64,000 nt of DNA from positions 447,129 to 511,128 of the forward strand of contig NW_008246077.1 in assembly GCF_000281045.1 (NCBI RefSeq), in the 5' to 3' direction. The notes beneath the pieces were generated by a model. It made no database searches and was not told the DNA's origin. It worked only from the letters and a program-made list of their open reading frames with translations. Source of the DNA: Saprolegnia diclina VS20. Taxonomy: Eukaryota. Position numbers and translations under genes: made by a program. Below are positions 11,085-21,051 of this stretch, one piece after another. Numbering within the stretch: the stretch's first letter is position 1; each line of letters starts with the position of its first letter.

Positions 11085-11942
11085 CTAGTCGCGTCGATGC
11101 GGTTCAGGACTGCGACGGCGCTTGGATGATCTACTGCGGCTGCGACTTCTTCGGCGCCGACGGCTACGACTGCGGCTTTTGCTCCTGCTGCGGCCCTTCT
11201 CTTCATTGTCGTCCTTCTTTATGTTGTAATGGCGCTCGAGCTCGATCATCATGGCATGCGACACCATCTTGATGTGCATAAAGTTGCAGTAGCCGCCGCG
11301 GTTGCACGTGCCCTCATCAAACTGACGACAGCGCGCTTCGCGAAAGTCTGTGACGGGCGAAAACTCGCAAATGAGCGGGCGGCCACCGTAGAAGCGACCG
11401 TAGAGCGCCTTCTGCGCCGCAGCGGCGCACTCTTCGTCGTCAAACTTGGCGTACACGTTGCCGACAAGGTGGTCGCCCAGATTGTCGCACACGTTGAGTT
11501 CGTCGACCTTGCCAAACTTGCACAGCTCTTCGTAGACTTCTTCAAAGAAGTCTTCGAAGTCTTCGTCGACAGTCTTCTGGTCCAATTGCGACGGGTCGCC
11601 GTTGGCCGCAATGATGACCGAGAGCGGGTTCTGGTACATGTGCTTGACCAGGATCGTTTGGCTAAATACGGGCTTGTTGTGAAGGCGCGAGCATCGGTCG
11701 CCGTGCCGGCAGGCGCCAATCTTGAAGTAGAACGGGCAGTTGACGCGGTCTTCTTCTGTGCCGTGGATGCGGGCAAGGTGCTCGGCGCCGCCGCCGACGC
11801 CGGGCTCGGCTCGTCGGCCCATGTCACGGCCGTAGCCACCGCGGCCGCCCATGCCGCCGCCGCCGCCGTAGCCGCCTCCCCGTCCCCTGTTGAAGTCGCC
11901 GCCGCCGCCGCCGCCGCCGTAGCTGCTGCCATACCTGCTCAT
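11085..11942 (-). CDS. U2AF1: Splicing factor U2AF small subunit (U2AF35), with Gly/RGG-rich N-terminal extension and RS tail
   Basis: EHLARIHGTEEDRVNCPFYFKIGACRHGDRCSRLHNKP, VCDNLGDHLVGNVY, SPVTDFREARCRQF..CNRGGYCNFMH, RSRSRS tail; alternative in-frame Mets near 11852 and 11822. Confidence 0.95.
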   Translation of the reverse strand: MSRYGSSYGGGGGGGDFNRGRGGGYGGGGGMGGRGGYGRDMGRRAEPGVGGGAEHLARIHGTEEDRVNCPFYFKIGACRHGDRCSRLHNKPVFSQTILVKHMYQNPLSVIIAANGDPSQLDQKTVDEDFEDFFEEVYEELCKFGKVDELNVCDNLGDHLVGNVYAKFDDEECAAAAQKALYGRFYGGRPLICEFSPVTDFREARCRQFDEGTCNRGGYCNFMHIKMVSHAMMIELERHYNIKKDDNEEKGRSRSKSRSRSRRRRRSRSRSRSSKRRRSPEPHRRD

Positions 11943-13263
11943 CCTGCCACCTGTCGCTGAAACTTCGAAATGGCCTTCTCCACGTCGGATTTTGCGGCCG
12001 TTGATTGCGTTCTGCACAAGCCCATAAAGTATGCGTTTTCAGAGGGACCCAAAGGCGCACGAACACCACACAAACGCGATCTCGCGGATCCTCTCAGACC
12101 CAATATCTTCGCTGCGTATAAAGTTCTACAGTATCCGGACGTGTCCGTGAACTCGGATGCGACCATCAATGATACCGATCCGGCATACCACCACTCGCAA
12201 CACAACCACGTACGACGACGACCAAGATAAGACCGTAATGACCACACGCAGGCTCTTGCACCAAGCTCCATCTTCAGCACTATGGTAGTCGTACGTCTCT
12301 TCCAACTGGTCAACACCCGAGATGACCCGCTCCCATCACTCCCAAGGAAGCCTTCCAGCCTTCACATCGCAATATTGTATAGCCGTAGCGCCGCCGTTCA
12401 CGCCCACTACCCCATCAATTTCGTATTGAGCAAGCCTAAGATCTTAGAAATCTTAGATCGTAGATAGAACATACGACCTGCGTCGTTGGATTAGTTATGA
12501 TCTAATCCGACACACTTCAACCACAAATGGCGTCGATCTGGCACACACGACTTCGTCGCAGTCGTAAACACCCGAACGAATCGCTCAGTTTAGGCGCGGA
12601 GCTTGCGTGCAGTCATCATCGCTATCAACGCAGTCGACGCGCAGTTCGCACCGTTATCTTGCGTCTCGGATCAAGAAGCGCCGTCATCCATGCGTCTCAG
12701 CGTCACGAATCTAGGGCCATATACATGGTCCAGCCTGTACGATGAGTACATGGATGTCCATGATGCTGTTGCCGTCATCTCGTACACGGTAAGTCGCATG
12801 ATGCAAAGTGGCTTCACGAGAGGGCCCAACTGCGAAAAACGCGCGAAATCCATGGGAAAAAGAACTTGGGTTCTCTTCAACCTTGCGCGCAATGGCGATG
12901 CGGGTGGAAGTCCGATCCGCTTCTTCGCAGCATCCTTTACGCTGGCGACCGTCCTCCTCCGGACGACGAGAGGCTGCATGAAAACGCTGGATCTCTCCAA
13001 GGAGGCTGTACCTAGGTACAACTTGAGCTTGGTCGCTGCTTCCTGGGACGATCCGACGCAGGTGCGCACAACGCTGCAATCAATACCACAACTGTAAAAG
13101 TGGCCAATCGCAGTGCGTTGTGGGACACGGCGCCCCACGTTCCGCGTTGTGATTGGTGTATTTTTCAAAAAACTTCGAATTTCGGGATTCGAAAATAGAA
13201 ATGCGCTGTCCATCTTGATGACGATGCTACTGCGCAACGTTTCATTTCGAGAAAGGCCGCAGC

Positions 13264-14554
13264 ATGGACCAGACGCAGGACGACAGCAACACGGTCAGCA
13301 GCAACAACCAGCACCACGAGAGCGCCGACGTGGCGCCGGCCAAGTCGACGTACGTGGTCCAGGAAGGCGACACGCTCATGGGCATCGCCATCAAGTACGC
13401 GATGCTACGGCGGACGAGGCGCTCATCGCTGTTGCCTTGACATAGACACGGCCTGCGCGAGTTTGACCTGCGCCAGTCCAACCACCTTCTTGGCGGCCAC
13501 GCGATCTACCAAGGCCAAGTGCTCAAGATCCGCCAGCGCATTCGCGCGCGCAGCCAGAGCCTTCCGTCGAAAGCGCTCCACGAGTTCTTGCCCAACGATG
13601 CATCCCGCCGGTACGATGCTGTCATCGGAAGAGAAGAGCTGACGGACGCGGTAGGAGCTCGAGCCAGGCCATGATTGCGATCCCAGAGCACGCGGCGAAA
13701 CACCCGTCGAGCAACCAGGAAGACCCGACCGACGACGAGAAGCGACCCGTGTCGCCGACGATCAAGGAGCCCGCGCACGAGCCGGTACCGTGCAAGTGCC
13801 ATCTCGTGGATCCAACCTCGCTCCCCAAGCTGCTCCTCGCGACTCCTCACGACATCCTGTCGCACCCAAGCTACACAAAGTACCTCGTTCCGAGGGTATG
13901 TGCGTCCTATCCTCCTCCACCGGCTCGATGCAACCACTTGTGTAGCTCGAAGCATGCCTTCCGGCGCGCCACCGCGGCTACGACTGGAAGATTGCCTACA
14001 GGTGCGACGCGGCTTACCATGGCATCGCACTCATCTCTGTCTAGCCTGGCGCAGCATGGCGCCAGCCTCGGGACGCTTTATCGCAACGTCCGCGGCAAGC
14101 GGCCGACGATCGTGGTCGTCGAGACCAGCGACGGCGATGTCTTTGGCGCGTTTGCGTCCATGCCGTGGAGCCCGTCGACGTCGTACTATGGCACGGGCGA
14201 ATGCTTCCTTTTTACGTGCTACCCGTCCTTTGAGCACTTTGCGTGGAAGGGCACGAACGCCATGATCATGTTCAGCAACGAGTCGATGATGGCCATGGGC
14301 GGCGGGTACATATACCTCTCTCATTGCTTCGTCGTTGACGTCGTTTGCGCAGCGGCGGGTTTGCGTGGGCTGTCAACAGCGACCTCTCGCGGGGCACGAG
14401 TGCGCACAGCCTCACCTTTGAGAACCGGTGCGCCGCCATGCTTGCAGCGTCGTCGCGCTCACGCAGTATGCGATATAGGTGCTTGGCCCACCGCTCGGAC
14501 TTTGACATAGTCAACTTTGAGGTTTGGGAACTCGTGTCCAAGTACACCAACTAG
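13264..14554 (+). CDS. LysM + TLDc domain protein (OXR1/NCOA7-like), multi-exon
   Basis: YVVQEGDTLMGIAIK..LRQSNHL..IYQGQVLKI (LysM); LAQHGASLGTLY, VFGAF, YYGTGECFLF, AMGGG, TFEN, FEVW (TLDc). Confidence 0.88.
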
Positions 14555-14608
14555 CCAGCGGGGTGCACACTATTAGTTGTAGTTTATTATTTTAATATCG
14601 ATCCTTCT

Positions 14609-16082
14609 TCACTGCGTGAGCGCCCGAATGTAGTCGAGGAGCGTGACGGCGACGGTCGTTGCGTCCTCCTGCAGAGCCGCGTCCAGCGACGGGTCTGTGC
14701 GCCATGCCGTGTCGAGCGCCTCGACGCGGGCGGCGACGGTAGGGGTTGTGATGGCGGCCGTGCACGACGACGGCGGCGACATGAGCGCTTGCGCAAGCGC
14801 CTCCATCACCTGGAGCCCGACCTGGGGCGTGAGCGTCGGGTCCGTCAGCAGCGCTGCGGTCGCTGCGCAGTAGATGTCGCTGGCGTGGATGGCCGCGTGG
14901 ATGTCGGCGGCCCGCGACGGGTCGGCCGCGTGCTCGGCGAGGAGGTGGTGCAGCACCAGTACCGCCTTGAGTCGCAGCTGCAACGGCGCCTCCGTGTTGG
15001 CAGCGAGTGCGTTCAAAATACGAATCCCATCTTGTGACAGGAACACGGCTTGGCACTTGGCGTTGCCTTGAATAAGCGCCGAGAGGGCGTAGAGGGCCTT
15101 GCGCTGCATGGCGACGACCGCCTTGTCCTGCAGGGGCATGGCGAGCGACTCCAAGAGATGCGGGACCGCGCCAGCCTGAAGCGCCCACGTCTGGGCCTCT
15201 TCAAAGTGCTTGACCGCGCTGCCAACCACCCACATGGCCTGCGCGCGCACGTCGAGATCGGTTGCGTTGAGGAACTGGACCGTCACGGCGAGACCGCCGA
15301 GCGTGTTGAAGTCGCGGGCCTTGTCGAGGTCCTGAACTTCCCACTCGAGCTGAGTGAGCGCGTCGAGGACATCGTCGGTCGGCGTTGTTGGCGCCAAGAG
15401 CGCATCGATGAGCGTCTGCATGTACTGGGCTTCGTTCCGGATCGCCTCGGACGCCTCTTTCAGCTCGGCTTGACGCGCCTTCCAGAGCTTCTCAACATAT
15501 GCTGCAAACGCCTCTTTCGAGAGGTGTGCGTGCGCCTCGTGGATGTTGATGCCGTCGAGGACGGGCGGCTCGGGCAGCCCCGCGAGCACATTGTAGAGCG
15601 AATCACTAATGCGGTGCTCCTCCTTCGTCTCGGGTGCGGCGACGACGTCAGACGCCGCTTCTTGGCCCGTGGGTTTGCTGGCAACAGCTGTGAGCTTGCT
15701 GGCAGCAACCTTGGGTGTGGGCACGTTGGCCGGCGTCGCATCACTGTCGTCGTCGTCGTCTTTCGAGAGCAGCTTGGCTTCCTTCTTGCCCGTCGCCAGA
15801 TTGATGCGCACGTGGAGACCCTATTCATGTCGTAAGAGATAAGGCCCATAGAGCGCTGACGTACGCCTGGAATGGCTTGGTTGGGCAGGATTTCCTGCCA
15901 CTCGGACGTGGGCTCGAAGAGCGGCGGCGCGGGCGCGCAGACGCCGTCGACGGTCAGGTCGCACGTCTGCGTCGGCGCAGTGGACGGCGCAGTGGACGGC
16001 GCAGTAGATGGCACGATGGAGACTTGGTGCGCGGTGACGGCTGCCGCCACGACGGCCATCGCCATGATCTGGAGCACACGCA
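14609..16082 (-). CDS. SIL1: ER Hsp70 (BiP) nucleotide exchange factor SIL1, 2 exons
   Basis: Signal peptide MRVLQIMAMAVVAAAVTA; FEPTSEWQEILPNQAIPG-LHVRINLATGKKEAKL signature spanning intron ~15821-15866; ARM-like LEWEVQDLDKARDF..LGG, RKALYALSAL; an upstream in-frame Met at 16110 is also possible. Confidence 0.88.
15974..16014 (-). repeat. 12-bp coding tandem repeat (PSTA x3) after the SIL1 signal peptide
   Basis: + strand ggcgcagtggac ggcgcagtggac ggcgcagtagat; protein VPSTAPSTAPSTAPT. Confidence 0.8.
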
Positions 16083-17138
16083 TGCTCGTGGTTCTCGAAA
16101 TACTGACCATGCCACCAATCTCCGCTTTTCCTTTTACCTTGCTGTATGTATATCATAGCGAAACACATATAACACGTGGCAGCCTTGCATCGCGACAACA
16201 TTGTCCGCCACGTGGCACAGATCCAACCAACACGGCCAAGAATGACGTGGCAGCTCAAGACACGTGTGGCCATTCTCGCCACCGAAAAGCGCGACGCCCA
16301 TGTGAGCGGGTCACCCCCCACAGAGCTTCCCCCCTTTGGTGGGAGGTATTCTGGCTGTCTTAGACTACCAGAATACCTCCAAGACAACTAGTTTATGATG
16401 CATCCTCGACCTCGAGACCACGATCGACATGCGAGCCAAGGAGGCGATTCGGCGTGCGGGACTGTCGTGGTCGTCTCGAGCAAGCGTGCAATGCTCAACG
16501 ATCAGCGCGCGTGTGCTACCGACGAGGGCCCACGTATCGAATCGACAGCGTCGACAGCACTGCTGCTGCTTCGCTTGGTTGACCGAGATGGGTCGTCGAG
16601 TTTGGCGCGTCATCGTCTCTTAAAACGATACCGCTTCCCAACACCCGCAGCTCATTCTCGCGCTAGTACATGTACTGCGCCTGTCGCCGTAAAGGCCTCG
16701 CCCAAAGATGCAACGAGTCGATGCCACCACCATCCTCGCTGTTCTCTGTCGTTACATGGGCACATCCCGCCTGCGTCAGTCAATTGCGACCAGGTGCCTT
16801 TATGAATCCTCGGCGGCGCACGCCATTGCCTTCAACGTTTGGCACGCCGCACCTACGGTACCGCAGCGTCCAGCCCGCAGCTCGAGCGACCGCCGTTCTA
16901 CACTGCGGTATCCGACGGGCGACGTGCGCGATTATACTGCTGCCACCACCACCAGTCACGTCGCTGCGACCCAAGTTAGTCACTGACGCTGTTGCGTCAC
17001 GTGCCGTACGTTGAAGCTGGGCCAAGCAACTCGCACGAGCTTCCGCCATCGAAGACGATAGGGCAGAAAGTGCACCTTTCGAAGGACGCTGGCCACAAAA
17101 TTCGAAGGTCGAGCGGTCATTTCTGAATCGACGACGAG

Positions 17139-18413
17139 ATGCACCTCGTGGCAACCTCCAAGCTCCTTCTCGACTGCTGGATCGCACCGTTCGTCGTCTT
17201 CTTCCAGCGCCGCGCCCACACACAGCAGTCGTTCGCCCAAGCGGTGCTCTTCCACATCATGCGCCTCTGCACGTCGACGCAGATTCCGGTGTTCCGCCGC
17301 CTCTTCAACCTCTACGGCGTACTCCAGCGTCTTCTCTACAAGTACAGGCCATGCGATCGCCAATGCATCTTTCTCATGTCGTTGCGACTAGGCCTTTTCA
17401 CATTGTCGCGACGCCGCGTGTCAAGGGTACGCACATGCGCTTGAGCAGCAGCCTCATGCTTGGACTTGTAGGACTTTGGTACGGACAGCCCGTCATGCAC
17501 GACCACATGAAATCACACGCAACCATCTTGTACATCCACGGCGGCGCGTTTGCCGCGGGCTCGGCCGCGACGCAGTCGAACGACCTCATCAAGCCGCTCA
17601 TCACCGCGCTCAACACGCAGGACGTGGCGGCCCGCGTCTTTAGCCTCGAGTACGACCTCGCGCCCGAGCGGCAGTTCCCGCACCAGCAGCACCAAGCCCT
17701 CGCGGTACGACGTCCTGTCGCCTGCATATCATCAAGTATTTACGCAGGCGTACGAGTGGCTGCTGGCCCAAAACTACACCAACATCATTGTCATGGGCGA
17801 CTCGGCCGGCGGCAACCTCGCGCTCTCGCTCTTGCAAGCCATCGTGCGCCTCGGCCTGCCGCAAGCCGCGGGCGGTATCCTCCTCTCGCCGTGGGTCGAC
17901 CTCACCATGTCGCACACGTCGTACGAGCGCAACGAGACGACCGACTACATTGCCAAGTAAGAACCCATGTACCCCATGCGACGATGCGATCGGCAGCACG
18001 TAGGTCGGGCGCACTCACGGCGCGGGCCGCGTACGTGACGGAAGACAACATTGAGAAGGCGTCGCCCGGCTTGCAGTCGATGGAGGGCCTCGCCCCCATC
18101 ATGGTAGGCCGCCGACATCGCATCTCTCGACCTCACGCTAGGTGCACAGGTGGTGTATGGTGGCGGGGAGATCCTCGCCGACGAGATCGCGGCCATGGTC
18201 GACTCGGCCAAGAGCGCTAAAGTCCCCGTGCATGAGATCTACCACCCGACGCTCTGCCACGTGTACCCAATGGTGCTTAGGAACTCGGACCATGCGAACG
18301 AAGCGTTCGAGGGCATGGCCCAGTTCATTGCCGGAGCGACGCAGCCGGTATCCCTCGAGATCCAAGTCGTGCCAAGCGCGTCGACCGAGCAAGCGCCCAT
18401 CGCTTGCGCCTAA
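17139..18413 (+). CDS. Alpha/beta hydrolase, hormone-sensitive-lipase-like esterase, multi-exon
   Basis: ILYIHGGAF oxyanion motif, LEYDLAPE..FP, MGDSAGGNL nucleophile elbow, LLSPWVDL, YGGGEILADE, CHVYP. Confidence 0.88.
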
Positions 18414-18672
18414 TCCTCAATATGTACTTGGTTGATCTATCTTAGCAGCCTTTTGCGCGTCTTGGCACATGCATGAAGCAACGACTACGACGCCAGCGAG
18501 CATGAACGATGCACGGCCGGCCACTCGTCTCGGACGATGCGACCGACAACGTTCTCGAGCGGCCCGTGGAGGCGACTGCCGCACGCACCAGCGAGGTGCA
18601 CTGTGTACGTGGCTTTGTCTCGACACACCATCTTTGGTCAAACAAAAAGGAATGGATTACAAGGGTCGAGCT

Positions 18673-19122
18673 CTAGTCGAGCGTGAGGTTGCGGTACGAC
18701 GTGCCGCTCTCGAGCATCTCCTTCTTGGTCGAGTAGCCGTAAATGATCGAGCCGACGCCATAGACGATCGTGAGGATGCCGACGACGAGGCCAAAGACCG
18801 TGTCGAGGCTGAGCGTGAGGAAGCCGAGGAAGATGAGGTAGAAGCCCGAGCCGACAAAGCCCGTGAGGAGGCCAAACCACTCGAGAGGCAGACGCGCGCC
18901 AAAGGCCGCGGCCATGAGGAGGCAGTGGCTGAGCACGATCTGGTAGCAGTGCAATACGACGCGCGCGATCGAGGCGCGGATCTCGCCGGACGTTTTGAAC
19001 GGGTAGTCGTCGTTGGCGATGAGCCAGACGGCGGCGACCGTGTTGAGGAGGCCGAAGATGGACATGAAGACCTGGTGGACCTTCATGGCCGTGATCGTGC
19101 AGCAGAGAAACTTCTTGGCCAT
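18673..19122 (-). CDS. Small multi-pass membrane protein, COPI-associated/Tvp15-like
   Basis: 149-aa ORF with several hydrophobic helices and WFGLLTGFVGSGFYLIFLG, resembling the FGFL..xGRGxFYIF motif of that family. Confidence 0.6.
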   Translation of the reverse strand: MAKKFLCCTITAMKVHQVFMSIFGLLNTVAAVWLIANDDYPFKTSGEIRASIARVVLHCYQIVLSHCLLMAAAFGARLPLEWFGLLTGFVGSGFYLIFLGFLTLSLDTVFGLVVGILTIVYGVGSIIYGYSTKKEMLESGTSYRNLTLD

Positions 19123-19769
19123 CGCGACGCAAAATGGGAAATGCGCCTTTGGTCATGGCGCCGCCGGCGATTGCCGTATCCAGTATGTGACCAGCTGGCA
19201 GTTGTTCAACAAATTTTGTTGAACTCTCGAGGTGAATCGTTGGACACGACTTGGTTTGGCGAATTGCGCCCACGACACGCAAAGAGGTGATAGGGAAGAG
19301 GACGGCGCGTGGCCAAGCGATGCGGCTTGTTCTCGGCTTGGTCACCAGCACGGCGACGGTCGACAGAGGCAGGAGCATTCAACCTGCATTGACTATGACT
19401 CGGTACTCGACCGTTGGACGACGCTCTCACGCGGCCTGGCCATTGGACTCGACTTCAAGAAATGTACGAGCGTGGCTACGGCAGATCGGGCAAGTGCTAG
19501 TAGCTTCTTTGCTCGTGGCGTTCTTCTCGGGCGCTCGCAGCTGCCAAAAACCACGGATGGCAGAGCTGCTAAGGCCTGACGGTGCGAGCAGCTTTGGAGC
19601 ACGCGTCGTAGCGCTCATTATGCCGCTCATGTAGCGTGGGCCAGTGGAGTTTATGCTAGAACCCCCATGGCTAGGACAATCACGATGCGACTGATGAGAA
19701 AGCAACATCGTCAGGACAGTCATCCGGATACGATCGCGGAGTCCGGATGAGGAGGTCGGAAGCAATCGA

Positions 19770-20973
19770 ATGTGGGCCGACGGCAGCGTCGCCGAGCTCG
19801 CGCGGCTCCGGGGCGTGCTCGCGCGGGCGCCGAGCCTCGCGCCGACGCATGCGAGCGCCAACTTGCGCGTGAACAAGTGGGACTCGCTCGTCCTCGACTC
19901 GGAGATCCTCGCGCTCATGAAGCACCCGATCAAGAGCATGTTTGCGCTCTTCCAGCCCGGCTTGATGGAGAAGTACCAGCCCGAGATCGACGGCGTCACG
20001 TACGCGATGCTCTTTGCGCTCTCGGTGGGCATGCACCAGGTATGTACGCATTCAACCGCTGGCGCCCGAGCATCTATCTGTGCAGCCGACGCCCGGCATG
20101 AAGCTCCAGAACCTCCAGTTCGAAAAAGAGTGCTTGACGTGGAAGAAGACACTGCCGCTTTTCCTCCTCTCGGTGGGTCTGCCGTATGCATGGAACCGCA
20201 TCCATCGCGCGCTCTTGAGCTACCGCTGGCGCGAAGACCGGTCGACCGAGGCCGAGGTGCGCGCACTTGCACGACACCACGACGGCACCATTCTACTAGG
20301 ACCAGTACCAGCACTTTTTGAACCTCGTGCACCGCATGAGCACAGTCGCGGCGATCTTGAAGCTCGCGAACCACCTCGCGTTCTGGAAGCAAGGCGAGTA
20401 TCGCAGCGTGCCCGAGCGCCTCGTGGGCATGAAGCTCGTACGCACTTCGCGTCCACAGCAACAGCCTCATCATGGTACGTAGGCGCCGCTCACGCGCTCG
20501 GTCGCGCCGCGCGCCATCACGTTCGAGTACATGAACCGGCAGCTGGTCTGGGACGGCTTTGTCGAGTTTTGCTACTTTGCACTGCCGCTCATCAACTGGC
20601 AGCGCGCCGGCCTCTGGCTCAAGCAGCGCGGCAAGCAGCTTCTCGGCCCGGATGCCAGTGCCAGCGATGGTCAAGCCAGCGGCGTCGGGCCCTGCGCCCT
20701 CTGCAATGCCACGCCGGCCAAGGTCCCTTCATGTCGGTTGCCGTCTCTTCTAATATGCGCGTAGACGCCGTACATAACGTCGTGCGGCCACCAGTACTGC
20801 TACTACTGCCTCCAGACGGCGGTCGCCACCGACCCGACCTTTGTGTACGGGCGCTGCATGGCAATCGAGGCTGAAGGCTGGCGACATGTAGGTGTGCGAC
20901 GTGCGGCGATGTCTTTGACGCGTCCGAGCGGCTCTCGGCGGCGCATGTCTCGCCCGCGCTGCTGCACATGTAA
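19770..20973 (+). CDS. PEX2: Peroxin 2, RING-finger peroxisomal membrane protein, multi-exon
   Basis: LRVNKWDSLVLDSEI, YQPEI, TPGMKLQNL, GEYRSVPERL, FEYMNRQLVWDGFVEF, RING CALC..CGHQYCYYC..CATC. Confidence 0.9.
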
Positions 20974-21051
20974 CATCAGTCGTCGTACACGAGTAGGCAC
21001 CATATATGATGTCGCAAGGCGTCGAAAACGAGTCATCAACTACAACTGTTC

